From: a virus
DNA length: 64,000 nt
Strand: one strand, 5' to 3'
IMG/VR virus record: IMGVR_UViG_3300031251_000002
Location: 64,001 to 128,000 of that record
The translations under genes were made by a program, and so were the position numbers. Within the stretch, counting starts at the first letter, position 1, and each line of letters opens with the position of its first letter. The notes under the pieces were generated by a model. The model worked only from the letters and a program-made list of their open reading frames with translations. It was not told the origin of the DNA and searched no databases. Positions 35,859 to 46,028 of the stretch are shown here, piece after piece.

Positions 35859-36818
35859 GTGTCTGATGCTAAGCCACTCCCCCGCCGTCCCGGTATGACG
35901 GCCCCGCCCGCCGGTAGGACCATGAAGGATCCAACCTCATGGCCTGTCGCGTCTGACGGGAAGCCCCTCCCACGGGTTACCTCGTCCTCAGCCCCCCAGC
36001 CCATCAACGAACCGGAACCGGCCCCAGCAGCCGCTTCTGTCGATTTGGAGCCGGGTCAGAGGCCCGAAACCCTCTACCATAGCCCCAAGCGCACAGGAGC
36101 CGTAGAACTGCCCTCTAAAGGCCGCTATTACGGTTCTGCCCTCCCGGATGGGGTTGTCGAGGTCTACACCTTGACCGCAGTCGAGGACAAGATCCTGTCC
36201 GAACTGACTTCTGACAACGCGACTGAGGTTTTCGATGCCATTCTGGCGCGATGCATCAAGTCACCTGTCTCGCCCCCGGAGCTTCTGGACACGGATCGTT
36301 ACTATCTCTTGCTCGTCCTTAGGGCCAACTCTCTGGGTGGTGATTACCAGTTCCCATACGAGTGCCCGTTCAAGGAGTGCGGCAATGCTTTCCTGCACAC
36401 GGTTCAGATTCCGTCTGACTTCACCGTTGTGGCGGGTAAGGCAACCGAGGAGCCGTATTTCGTCAAGCTGCCTATGACTGGAGCCATGGTTGGCCTTCGC
36501 TTCCTGCGTGGCAAGGACATGGCTGACATCGCTCGTTACCGCAAGACAGCGATCAACGTGGATACGACACTCGGGGATCCGGCGTACGCTTACTCTCGCA
36601 TCAAGTCCATCGTGTCGGTCAATGGCGAGCCGTTCCCGGACATTAGCGTGGCAATGGACTGGTATATGGGACTTCCTCTCAAGGATGTTCGCGTCCTTCA
36701 GAAGACGGAACGCGAGGCTGCGTCTGGCGTTTCAAACGTGGTGACGATTACATGCCCTAAGTGCAAGAAGGAGTCGGTGTCGCCAGTAGCGTTGTCACCG
36801 ATGTACTTTTTCGACTGA
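35859..36818 (+). CDS. Baseplate hub assembly protein/tail assembly chaperone (T4 gp26-like)
   Basis: VELPSKGRYY, LTAVEDKIL, DRYYLLL.LRA.S.G, CP...C, CPKC, C-terminal YFF; lies between tube and tape measure. Confidence 0.8.
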   Translation: MSDAKPLPRRPGMTAPPAGRTMKDPTSWPVASDGKPLPRVTSSSAPQPINEPEPAPAAASVDLEPGQRPETLYHSPKRTGAVELPSKGRYYGSALPDGVVEVYTLTAVEDKILSELTSDNATEVFDAILARCIKSPVSPPELLDTDRYYLLLVLRANSLGGDYQFPYECPFKECGNAFLHTVQIPSDFTVVAGKATEEPYFVKLPMTGAMVGLRFLRGKDMADIARYRKTAINVDTTLGDPAYAYSRIKSIVSVNGEPFPDISVAMDWYMGLPLKDVRVLQKTEREAASGVSNVVTITCPKCKKESVSPVALSPMYFFD

Positions 36819-36972
36819 TATCAAACTGCTCCGTGCCGAAGAGGTGTTCTTGATCAAGCAGGGGTTCGCATGGCAGGACATTCAACTGATGCCCTCTAGC
36901 GAACGACGCGCTTACATTGAGTACCTTCAGGAAGTAATGGACAAGGCGAACACGGACGCCTCAACACCCTAG
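36814..36972 (+). CDS. Overlapping short reading frame, probable frameshift extension of the chaperone (G-T type)
   Basis: +1 frame reads TDIKLLRAEEVFLIKQGFAWQDIQLMPSSERRAYIEYLQE..; no well-placed start codon. Confidence 0.6.
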   Translation, partial: TDIKLLRAEEVFLIKQGFAWQDIQLMPSSERRAYIEYLQEVMDKANTDASTP

Positions 36973-36980
36973 GTTTTTAG

Positions 36981-39713
36981 ATGGCTGAACATGTTACCGA
37001 CCCCGGTGGCGATGCTCTTCGGTTTACCTTTGACGTAGCCGATAAGGCGACAGCCCGCCTAAAGACGATTGAGAAGTCTTTTGGCCATGCTGTCAGCGCG
37101 GTTTCTGGCCTTGAGACCCGGCTCAAGGGGTACGTCAAGGGGGTAGAGGAGTCTGTTGCCAAGTCAACATCCTCTATTCTCAACTTCGCTCGTCAGCACC
37201 TCGCCGCGGTCTCCAAGCTAAAGGCTGCACCACTGCTCGCCAATGTCATGAGCGATGCTCATGTGAAGCAGTTTGAGGCCCATGCTCGCGCTGCTGAGCG
37301 GGTGACTGAGGATTGGGTTGACCACCAGATCGAGTTAGTTCATGACGCGGCAGACAAGATTGTAGCCCGCCATGATGCTCTTCAGAAGCGACTAGAGGCG
37401 CGTCGGACCGCAACGCCGACTCCAACTGAGGAGGAGCCAAAGTCTGCTCCCGCTAAGGTAGCGAAAGCGGGCCTTCTGGCTACGGTTGGCAAGAACTTAG
37501 CGTCCGGTTTCGGGAGTGTATTCAAGGAAGGCATTCCCAACCCGGAGATGGTACAGACTGCCGTTCTCGGAGTAATCTCTGAGAAGGTCGGTGAACAGAC
37601 TCTGAAGTTCGATGACGCGCTTTCGAGGGTTCGACGGACGATTGGCCAGACGAATGCGGAGTACCGCCAATACCGGGACACGATTATCGAGGTCGGTCGT
37701 CGCAGCAGCGTTTCAACCGAAGACATGGTTGCTTTGGCTGATACGCTGGCCCATGTTGGCCGCTCGGCGGTTAACCTCTCTGGCACTGATGGTATCGGTG
37801 CGGCTACGGAAGCCTACGAGAAGTACAACAAGGCTGCTGGTTTCGATGAGGATCAGGCTCGCGGTCTCGTAGCGATGAACCTCCAGTATTTCGGCCAGAC
37901 CAAAGAGGGGCTGGAGCGGAATGAGGAGGCGTGGTCCGAGATCAGCAAGTACACGACTCTTACGCATGAAGAGATGTACGGGCTTATCGACGCCCAGAAA
38001 ATTTCGGTCGGCTTAGCCTCCCAGTACGGAACCTCTGTTGAGGATTCGACCAAGAATCTCATCAAGGGTGCTGATGTTTACAAGGATATGGGGAAGGCCC
38101 CCGCGCAGGCGGAGCGGGATCGGGCGCGTCTGGCTGCTCCGACCAACACTGCCGACATCCAGTATTCGCAACAGATTGCTGCGTTGATGCACACAACGCC
38201 TCAGGACATCCAGCACCGGGCGATGACTCGGACGCTGGACATGGGCGAGGTGGCTCAGGAACAGGCGCTCTTCCTCGCTAAGACAGTTCGTGAGCAGGGT
38301 CCATACGCCATGGCGGGGTTGGCCCAGTCCCACATGGGCGGTATCGAAGGCAACAGTGAAGCGCTGGAGGGCCAGCTATTTGCTGGCAACCGTCTTCAGG
38401 AGGCGCTTGAGAAAGGTCTAGCACAGGGCAAGACGCGGGCACAGGTTCTCGCGGAAGACCGCCAGATTCGTGGTCAAGCAGTTAGCACTCAACAGGCGCT
38501 CGTTGAAGGTGACAAGGGAAAGACGACGGCTGTCTACTCGGCCATTGACGAGATCAAGAAACCCTTCACGAAGGCAAACTGGTCATTCATCGAGGTCATG
38601 TCTGGACCGATGGATCTCGCCGGTCAGATGGCCGAGAAACTCGCTACCGGCCTACAGACGGGGATCGACTTTGTTGAGAAGTTCGGCACCGCGCTGAACG
38701 ATCTCATCACCCGCATGGAGGGTTGGGTTACCGAAAAGATTGGTGGCAAGACCGGTGAGGCAATCAACACCGGACTAGAGGTTCTCAAGGACAACAAGGT
38801 TGCGGCTGCTGGTCTTGGAGCTACGGCTCTCTGGAAGGTCGGCAAGGCTCTTCTGAAAAAGGGAATGACGACTGCGGTAACCGCTGGAGCGGAAGGCGCT
38901 GCCGGATCCACCGGGGCCGGGGTTGGTGGGCTTGGCGTCCTTCCATTCACGGCGGCTGTCGTTGGCGGGCTGGCAGTCAATCACTCGATAAAGCAGCTTG
39001 GTAAGTCACTAGAGGAAGACTACGAGATTGAGGGTCGCGGGACTTTGCGCGATGCAGAGACACGCGCAGGTGGGACGGTGGCCGAACTTCGCGCAAAACG
39101 TGCCGCAAAGTGGGGACTCACTGAACCCGCCACCGCAGTAGGAACCAATGAAGAGGGCGGAGCGCTCAGCAGTCCTGCCGCTGCGCCGTACCGGGCAGCG
39201 ATTGAGGCAGCGGCTCGGAAGTACGGGCTGAGTCCCGAGATTCAGGCTCGGCAGCTTGAGGCTGAGTCTCATTTCGATCCGAACGCGGTTGGCTTTGATG
39301 GCAAGAGTCTTGGTCTCGCGCAGTTCCGCAACGACCGGACAGGGCGCGACAACTCCAAGAAGTACGGTCTTGTAACAGAGGCTGACTTCCGCGATCCCAT
39401 CAAAAACATCGAAGCTAACGCTCACTACATGGCGGATCTGAAGAAGCGCTTTGGCGGCGATTACGCTAAGGCTCTCGTTGCCTACAACACCGGTCGAGGA
39501 GACATCAACAGCGAGTCTGGAACGAAGTATCTGGCAGCGGTTCTTGGAAAGCGCGGGTCGGCGCATGATCCGATGTTTACAGAAAGTCCGTCTCTCGTAT
39601 CGGCCATTCGTCAACAGACGACCGTTATCAAGCAGCTTAACGACACACTGACGACCAACCGGCACGATCCGAAAGCGCCCTTTAGGTCGCAGATTGCTAC
39701 GGGAGCCTCCTAA
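36981..39713 (+). CDS. Tape measure protein with a C-terminal lytic transglycosylase (SLT) domain
   Basis: Long Ala-rich helical region; AARKYGL..QLEAESHFDPNA..GLAQF..DPIKNI..AL.AYNTG. Confidence 0.9.
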   Translation: MAEHVTDPGGDALRFTFDVADKATARLKTIEKSFGHAVSAVSGLETRLKGYVKGVEESVAKSTSSILNFARQHLAAVSKLKAAPLLANVMSDAHVKQFEAHARAAERVTEDWVDHQIELVHDAADKIVARHDALQKRLEARRTATPTPTEEEPKSAPAKVAKAGLLATVGKNLASGFGSVFKEGIPNPEMVQTAVLGVISEKVGEQTLKFDDALSRVRRTIGQTNAEYRQYRDTIIEVGRRSSVSTEDMVALADTLAHVGRSAVNLSGTDGIGAATEAYEKYNKAAGFDEDQARGLVAMNLQYFGQTKEGLERNEEAWSEISKYTTLTHEEMYGLIDAQKISVGLASQYGTSVEDSTKNLIKGADVYKDMGKAPAQAERDRARLAAPTNTADIQYSQQIAALMHTTPQDIQHRAMTRTLDMGEVAQEQALFLAKTVREQGPYAMAGLAQSHMGGIEGNSEALEGQLFAGNRLQEALEKGLAQGKTRAQVLAEDRQIRGQAVSTQQALVEGDKGKTTAVYSAIDEIKKPFTKANWSFIEVMSGPMDLAGQMAEKLATGLQTGIDFVEKFGTALNDLITRMEGWVTEKIGGKTGEAINTGLEVLKDNKVAAAGLGATALWKVGKALLKKGMTTAVTAGAEGAAGSTGAGVGGLGVLPFTAAVVGGLAVNHSIKQLGKSLEEDYEIEGRGTLRDAETRAGGTVAELRAKRAAKWGLTEPATAVGTNEEGGALSSPAAAPYRAAIEAAARKYGLSPEIQARQLEAESHFDPNAVGFDGKSLGLAQFRNDRTGRDNSKKYGLVTEADFRDPIKNIEANAHYMADLKKRFGGDYAKALVAYNTGRGDINSESGTKYLAAVLGKRGSAHDPMFTESPSLVSAIRQQTTVIKQLNDTLTTNRHDPKAPFRSQIATGAS

Positions 39714-40195
39714 TGGCTAGAACTGAAGCGATGCTTCGCGCCGAGCGAAAGTATCATGCGAAAAATAGATCGAAGCGTAATGCTGAAAGTCAAAAGTATA
39801 TGAAAGCCCGTCCTGAGTACGCCAAGAAGAAAATGGCGGAATGGAAGGATGCCAATCCAGACTACTTCCATGCGGTTCAACGTCAACCCAAACATCGCTA
39901 TAGGCGGCTTATTCATGCCGCTAAAAATCGTAACCTGTCGTTTAGCCTAACATTTGAGCAGTATCTTTGTTTTACTGCGCGGCCATGCACCTACTGCGGC
40001 TTCAAGTTTGAAACCGCTGGTAGTGGCTTGGACCGGATAGATAACAGCAAGGGGTACGAAAACGACAATGTAACTTCCTGCTGTAAAGAGTGTAACTGGG
40101 CGCGTGGAGCTAGTTTCACCGCCGAAGAGATGCGATCTGTTCTTGGCCCTGCCATCAAACAGGTTAAAGAAGCAAGACAGGCTGGTGCGTCATAG
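39713..40195 (+). mobile_element. Free-standing HNH-type endonuclease
   Basis: CTYCG..GLDRIDNSKGYENDNVTSCCKECN; basic N-terminus. Confidence 0.85.
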
Positions 40196-40233
40196 CTTAC
40201 TTCGACCGGCCTTTTAACAGCTTCATCTACGAC

Positions 40234-40701
40234 ATGGTAGATGGCAGCAGGATCTTCTTCCAGTTCATGCCGGAAGACATCAGTGACACGAAGCAGGCGA
40301 CCTACACCGATTACCCGATCATCGGGCGGTCGATTCCATTGAAGGCATACGAGGCTTCTCAGTCACGCATCATTACGTTGACGCTGAGTTTCTTCACCAT
40401 GCCGGTCGAGGCTGAGTTTGCGCCGGATCCTTTCATCATCAAGACATGGATGGACAAGCTCCGTTCGTTCACGTACCCCGATTACTCGCAGGGCGGGGTT
40501 AAGCCTCCGCATACGTTCATCATCAATATCGGCGGCTTCATCGCCATGGAAGCGGTGATGACGCAATACACGCTGAGTTACCCCTTCAAGGTCTGGACGC
40601 CGGGGATGATGCTTCCGTATGGCAGCACCATCAACCTGACCATGGCTGAGGTTCGGGACATTCCGCTCTCGACCGAAGAAGTAACGGCGGGGGCACAGTG
40701 A
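40234..40701 (+). CDS. Tube-initiator/baseplate tube-like protein
   Basis: FQFMPEDISD.K.A.Y....IIGRS.P, LRSFTYPDY, PP; frame is open upstream to ATA 40192, so the true start may be earlier. Confidence 0.75.
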   Translation: MVDGSRIFFQFMPEDISDTKQATYTDYPIIGRSIPLKAYEASQSRIITLTLSFFTMPVEAEFAPDPFIIKTWMDKLRSFTYPDYSQGGVKPPHTFIINIGGFIAMEAVMTQYTLSYPFKVWTPGMMLPYGSTINLTMAEVRDIPLSTEEVTAGAQ

Positions 40702-41051
40702 TCAAGACAAGCGAACTAACGCCGGTCTCCACGAAGGATGCGAAGATCCTTCAGCGGGACTTCTCTCGCTTCCGGGCGCAGACACTTTACCGCAACACGG
40801 ATGGTCGCCTGTACTACGGCACCTTCAGCGCTCCGGACTTCCCTCAGGGGGCAAAGGATGTCTACCACACGGTAGTCGAAGGGCAAGATCAGCGGCTTGA
40901 TCTGATCTCGTACTACTACTACCACACGGCTGAGTTGTGGTGGGTCATTGCGCTGGCTAACAACATCCTGTCGCCGTTCGATGACATTCACATCGGTGAT
41001 CTGTTGCGAGTCCCGGACTTCAGCACTGTCATTGATGTCGTGGTGGTGTAG
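40698..41051 (+). CDS. LysM-like baseplate protein (gp53/gpX-like)
   Basis: YHTV....RLDLISYYYY....LWWVIALANNI..P....IGDLLRVP. Confidence 0.85.
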   Translation: MIKTSELTPVSTKDAKILQRDFSRFRAQTLYRNTDGRLYYGTFSAPDFPQGAKDVYHTVVEGQDQRLDLISYYYYHTAELWWVIALANNILSPFDDIHIGDLLRVPDFSTVIDVVVV

Positions 41052-42343
41052 TGGCTCTCACACCGACTGATTACGCTCCTAACCCAAACGTTCCGTTCTT
41101 CAGCTTCAATGTTGGAGGTACGGACTTTGCGGATGAGGATCGCCCGCAGCACCTGATGAGGTTCCAGATCACCATGAACACCAACACCATGGGGATGTGG
41201 ACAGCCGTGTTTCTGGACCCAGAGTACACGACTATCGAGAAGACGCTGCTCGATAACTTCGACAAACCCATCACTATTCAGTGGGGTTGGCAGCATCCTA
41301 GCTCCCTCCGCTCGCCACAATTCAAGGTTTGGATCTCTGATTTCCAGCCACGCTTTGTGATGGGTGGATCTGAGGTAACGATCAGCGGGTTTACGTTTGA
41401 GTACGCGAAGGGGGCAACACAGGACTCTCGCGTGTACCCGGACACCGTGACCTACGGAAGCCACAAGGACTCGATGACGATCTCCGATATCGTCAACGAC
41501 ATCTGCACCCGGAATGACTGGAAGGCCGACATCCTAGGAACGAAGCCGATTCCGGCTTTCACCGCGCTAGACTCGACGGACCTTCTTGGGGCCAAGTTTG
41601 TCCAGAACGGTTCGGATTTTGACTTCATCCAGTCGGTTCTCGCTCCCGCTGCTGTCTCGGAGCAAGATCACGGGGACTACTACACCTTCTTTGATCCGTA
41701 CACCAGCACGTTGTCCTTCAAACCACGCACCAAGACCGACCCGGTTCAGACTCTGATCTTCATTCAGGACAAGATGAATGAGATTACTAACCTTCAGCCA
41801 GACATTCTGATTGGTCTGTGGGTTGGACTAGTGGCCGCAAAGACGACCGCTCACGGACAGGCCCCAGAGAAGTCTGGTGATCTGCCGTGCGGGGTGTTCG
41901 ACCTTCCCCCAAACACGCAAGCCGACACAGCAACCCAGTATGACGGAAGCAAGACCGGTAGTTGTCCGGAGGACATGCAGAACAAGCTCAAGGATCCATA
42001 CTCTTGCGCGGCTGAGGTGGGCTACGCCCCGGCGGCGTCCAAAGAGATGCTGGAGAACCGGCAGAAGGCGGTTTGGAATGCCGGGGTGCAGTGCGCTGGT
42101 ACGCAGGTTCAGGTAACCATCGTTGGCCATCCCGGAACGGACACGATTAAGTATCTGCCGATGCAGACCGTGGATCTCAGCGTGACCTCACCGCCACCCG
42201 ATAAGCTGCCGTCTTACCTGAACGGCAACTACATGATCGTTGGAGTAACGCATCTGATTGATCAGCATGGCTACAAAACACAGTTGACTCTTACTAAGAA
42301 CGCTTTCGATACAGTCGGCAACCTAGAGGTTACGAACGGCTAA
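41051..42343 (+). CDS. Baseplate hub protein (gp27/gpD-like)
   Basis: IQWGW, ISDIV..I, QNGSDFDFI, VTIVGHP, LNGNYMIVGVTHLID..GYKTQLTL. Confidence 0.8.
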   Translation: MALTPTDYAPNPNVPFFSFNVGGTDFADEDRPQHLMRFQITMNTNTMGMWTAVFLDPEYTTIEKTLLDNFDKPITIQWGWQHPSSLRSPQFKVWISDFQPRFVMGGSEVTISGFTFEYAKGATQDSRVYPDTVTYGSHKDSMTISDIVNDICTRNDWKADILGTKPIPAFTALDSTDLLGAKFVQNGSDFDFIQSVLAPAAVSEQDHGDYYTFFDPYTSTLSFKPRTKTDPVQTLIFIQDKMNEITNLQPDILIGLWVGLVAAKTTAHGQAPEKSGDLPCGVFDLPPNTQADTATQYDGSKTGSCPEDMQNKLKDPYSCAAEVGYAPAASKEMLENRQKAVWNAGVQCAGTQVQVTIVGHPGTDTIKYLPMQTVDLSVTSPPPDKLPSYLNGNYMIVGVTHLIDQHGYKTQLTLTKNAFDTVGNLEVTNG

Positions 42344-44733
42344 TGCTGCGCGACAACGAACATCCTGATAAGTACACCCAGCAGTCGGGTGTCTGGTCAG
42401 GTATCTATCGTGGGGTTGTTGAGTACATCAACGATCCCTTGATGCAGAACCGGATCAAGGTCCGTGTTCCAGCGATCAACAAGACGGTTGACGTAGTTTC
42501 TACGGAAGCTCTGCCGTGGGCCGTCCTCATGACTTCCTTCGGAGGCGCGGGTGGCTTTGGAATCGTCGCCGTCCCGCCGGTTGGTTCAACCGTGTTCGTT
42601 GAGTACGAGGGTGGCAACCCGGCCTACCCGGTAGTTGTGGGAACGTGGTTCGGCGTTCCGAGCATTCCGCAGCCGATGGGCCGTATCAACGAGCAGCCCA
42701 AGGGCAAGATTTCGATGTCCCCGGACGAGTCCTCACCGTGGCATACCGAGCCGGGACCAGAGATTCCCGATGATTCCCAGCGTCGAGCTAACCTAGCGCC
42801 TGAAAACTACGTGTTCAAAACGCCTAAAGGCCATACGTTGATCATGGAAGACCGGGACGAGGCCGAATACTTTGCGATCATAGATCGGGCAGGCCAGACG
42901 CTGCTGTTTGAGAGCGAGGTTCTGGAGAGCGAGAACATTGACAACGCCGCTCGCCGTGGGCTGAAACGGGCTAGCGAGAACGACGGTTTGGACGTTCCCA
43001 GCCAGATGCTGGGATCCTCGTCCAAGATCGAGATTACGGATGCGGCAGGGAACACGGTCCGTCTGTACGCCAAGAAGGACTCCGAACGGGTAATCCTGAC
43101 CTCCGTAACCGATGAAAATACCCTAATTTTCGATCTGAGGGCCGCTGACGGCACTATCGACCTTCGGGGGGACTCCACAGAGGGGGAAACCCGTATCGGG
43201 CTTGATGCGGTCACTGGCAGCGCCTTCATGCGCTCCCGGACAGGGAACGAGCTTCGGGTGGACTCCCATGGTGGCGTTTCGATCAAATCTGACACTCTGA
43301 CAGTCGAGGGCGACCTGTCCGTGAGCGGGGCCGTTTCCGCTGCCGGGGGTGTTACCTCTTCGGGAGCGCAGGGTGGCTCGCCGGGTAGCTTCAACCCCAT
43401 CGCTATGCCTATTCCGCCTCCGGGACCGCCTCCTCCGGGTGAAGCGGACATCGAAGCCATCATCACGGAGCGCTATCGGTTTGAGGATACGGTCAACGAG
43501 GAGGGCTATGTCCTACCGCTCGACTACACCGTGTTCTTTCACACGCCGCACTTCACGTTAGAAAACCCGCCGGTTGTCCTGTCACGGAATGGCGTGACAC
43601 AGGCTTTCAACCACAGCGCGACGATGTTCACTGATTTCAACGGTAACCTGTTCGATACGCAGGGTGCGTCAGTCGTGGATCCCCAGACCGGACCGGGAAC
43701 CGGGTTGCGGATCGAGTGGTACAACGACGATACGTTTACGCTGCTGGCGGAAATTGATCTCATCGGACCGGTTAACTACAGCTTTGCCTCTCCTCCATAT
43801 CCGGTTACTGGAATCACCTCGGATGTGTGGTCCGCCCGCCTGACAGGTTTCGTGAAGCCGCAGTATCAGGAGACGTATACGATCACCGCGACGGCAGGAG
43901 CCAACGATCTGGTTCGGATCTGGATCGACGGTGTTGAGCTTGCCCTGTCCTCGGGGCCGGTGTTTGTCGGCACCTTTATTGCGCCGGATTCTGGCGTCAA
44001 GCTGCCCATCAAAGTCGAGCATCGCAACGTGAGCGGAACCGGTGCCCTTCTACTTCAGTGGCAAAGCACCAGCTTGGCGCTGGAGACAATCCCTCTCCTC
44101 CGGATGTACACAGAGGGCAGTTCGGAGACAGTCGTTCGTGACCCGGCCTTCGGCTACTCGTTTGACGGGACCGACTGCTGGGTTGGCGCATTCCCCGGTT
44201 ACCACGACGTTCAGATTGGCCATCTTGTGGTTGGCGTCAGCACGGGCTATACCCGAGATCCGACGTACTTCCCAAACGATACGCAGATCAGCTACAACCC
44301 GATTTCAAACACCTACCTTGGTGTCGAGCGCCTGAACCATAACGACGGGACGCAGGATCCAAACTGGACGCTGGTCCTTCGTGGTGGTGCGCTGTTCACG
44401 ATCATCGCTACGAACGCGGCCTCCTTCTTCGGAGCCAACTCGGCGGCATTGGAGGTCTACGTCTCCAACGATCCAGACGGGTCATTCTGGGTGAGCTTGC
44501 CTTCGGCTGGCGCGTTGTGGAATATCTCACCGACCGACGCCTCTGTGATTAGCGAGGTGATCATTGGCTCTACGCTTGCAGCCAAGCGGTTGCAGATGAC
44601 GCCGCTCGACACGCAGTATTACCTGCTTACCGACAACCAGCACATCCGGACGACGAAGCGGATGTCAGTAGACGAGTTCTTTGATGTGACATACGCCATC
44701 AAAGTAGGAACGGCGACAGGGGTTATCTCATGA
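42343..44733 (+). CDS. Central spike (gp5/gpV/VgrG-like OB fold) with a C-terminal extension containing a PA14 domain
   Basis: YRGVV....DP....RIKVRVP..PWA..VPPVGSTV.VEYEGGNP.YPVVVG; Pro-rich linker; GLRIEWYN..WSARLTG...P..ETYT..VRIWIDG..LQW. Confidence 0.85.
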   Translation: MLRDNEHPDKYTQQSGVWSGIYRGVVEYINDPLMQNRIKVRVPAINKTVDVVSTEALPWAVLMTSFGGAGGFGIVAVPPVGSTVFVEYEGGNPAYPVVVGTWFGVPSIPQPMGRINEQPKGKISMSPDESSPWHTEPGPEIPDDSQRRANLAPENYVFKTPKGHTLIMEDRDEAEYFAIIDRAGQTLLFESEVLESENIDNAARRGLKRASENDGLDVPSQMLGSSSKIEITDAAGNTVRLYAKKDSERVILTSVTDENTLIFDLRAADGTIDLRGDSTEGETRIGLDAVTGSAFMRSRTGNELRVDSHGGVSIKSDTLTVEGDLSVSGAVSAAGGVTSSGAQGGSPGSFNPIAMPIPPPGPPPPGEADIEAIITERYRFEDTVNEEGYVLPLDYTVFFHTPHFTLENPPVVLSRNGVTQAFNHSATMFTDFNGNLFDTQGASVVDPQTGPGTGLRIEWYNDDTFTLLAEIDLIGPVNYSFASPPYPVTGITSDVWSARLTGFVKPQYQETYTITATAGANDLVRIWIDGVELALSSGPVFVGTFIAPDSGVKLPIKVEHRNVSGTGALLLQWQSTSLALETIPLLRMYTEGSSETVVRDPAFGYSFDGTDCWVGAFPGYHDVQIGHLVVGVSTGYTRDPTYFPNDTQISYNPISNTYLGVERLNHNDGTQDPNWTLVLRGGALFTIIATNAASFFGANSAALEVYVSNDPDGSFWVSLPSAGALWNISPTDASVISEVIIGSTLAAKRLQMTPLDTQYYLLTDNQHIRTTKRMSVDEFFDVTYAIKVGTATGVIS

Positions 44734-46028
44734 GTAACGCGATTTTTGGCGAGCGGGCAGACCAGCACCGGCTCTACCCCCACGGCGGGGTGGTCAGCGT
44801 TGGCGCAGCCAGCTTTTTCGGTGTCGCCCCGTACTTTGGAGATACCGCGCCTCCGAACCCGTTTGAGGGAATGCTGTGGATCGACTCAGCCGCTCGGGCG
44901 TCCTCCCCGGTTGATGGGGATCCACCGTACGAGTTGTTCCGTTGGAATTCTGTGCGAGCAGCGTGGGAGCTTGTTGGCTACATTCCCTTCGCCGGTCTTG
45001 GTGCAGGCCACTCAACCGGTCTTGTGCCCGATCCCGGAGACGGCACTGGTGGTGCCCTCGCAACCGACTACCTCGCTAGAGATGCGACATGGAAGCCCAT
45101 TCCCGGTGGAGGCGGCGGGGGCAGCAACGAGCCACTGGTGTTCGGCACGTTCACCAACACGGCGACGGTCTCCGTGGCGAGTACCTCCTACCCGGCTGTT
45201 CCGGGAGACGATCACACATCTAACTACTTCGGCACTTTGGTGAAGATGGCGTCAAGCGGATCAAATGTCACCTTCATGTCCAATTTGGACGGTGCGTCCA
45301 TCGGCCATTTGGCTGACGGTGATTTCGTCGTGATTGCAACTGGACCTTATGCCGGTTGCATCCTTCCGAAAGAGACTGGCTGGTACTACATCACCGGACA
45401 CTTACGGTGGGCCAACCAATCGGATTCCAGCTATCGAATGACTGGCATCGGTTGGACCAGTGAAGCAACCTATCAGCCCATCGGTCTTGCTGGTGGCGTG
45501 GGTGTTTTCAGTGTTGTTGTCACAGCCGCTGGCACGGGTTATACAGACGGTGACGCGCTTTCATTCTCTGGCGGTGGTGGTTCTAGTCTTTCAGCCACCA
45601 TCATCACAGACGGAGCGGGGCACATTGTCGGCATCAAGGTTACCGACATTGGTACTGGGTATACGTCTATCCCCACGATTGCCCCGGTCGGTGGTGGAAC
45701 TGGCGGAGCGCTGCACGGTGTCATTCCAGTTGCGCTGTCCTCTCTGTCAATCCTGATCAACGAAGACTTACGCCCTGCGGTTAACGGAACACCGACACAG
45801 GGGACTACCAACCGCCTCTGGTATCTGCCGGGTTACAACGATAACTCCGGTGCTGGCGGGACTCCGATTTGGCTTGTGGCCGCGCAGGGTTCCGGAGGAT
45901 CCATTACCGTTCCAGCGCCACGCGGAGCCGGTGCATTGCCGTTGAATGATTACTATGGGGCCTTGTCGTTGTTCAAGATCAACGTTGATCCTATTGGACC
46001 GCCGTGGGTTCCGGGACTTCCTGAATGA
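44730..46028 (+). CDS. Gly-rich spike/fibre-associated protein
   Basis: GLVPDP..YLARDATW fibre motif; paired V.V...GTGYT repeats. Confidence 0.55.
   Translation: MSNAIFGERADQHRLYPHGGVVSVGAASFFGVAPYFGDTAPPNPFEGMLWIDSAARASSPVDGDPPYELFRWNSVRAAWELVGYIPFAGLGAGHSTGLVPDPGDGTGGALATDYLARDATWKPIPGGGGGGSNEPLVFGTFTNTATVSVASTSYPAVPGDDHTSNYFGTLVKMASSGSNVTFMSNLDGASIGHLADGDFVVIATGPYAGCILPKETGWYYITGHLRWANQSDSSYRMTGIGWTSEATYQPIGLAGGVGVFSVVVTAAGTGYTDGDALSFSGGGGSSLSATIITDGAGHIVGIKVTDIGTGYTSIPTIAPVGGGTGGALHGVIPVALSSLSILINEDLRPAVNGTPTQGTTNRLWYLPGYNDNSGAGGTPIWLVAAQGSGGSITVPAPRGAGALPLNDYYGALSLFKINVDPIGPPWVPGLPE

Noticed and set aside
39713-40195. Group I intron carrying the HNH gene
   Set aside because: The insert is almost entirely ORF, with no room for a catalytic core and no U/G splice boundaries that restore the frame; the same applies to the other two HNH genes
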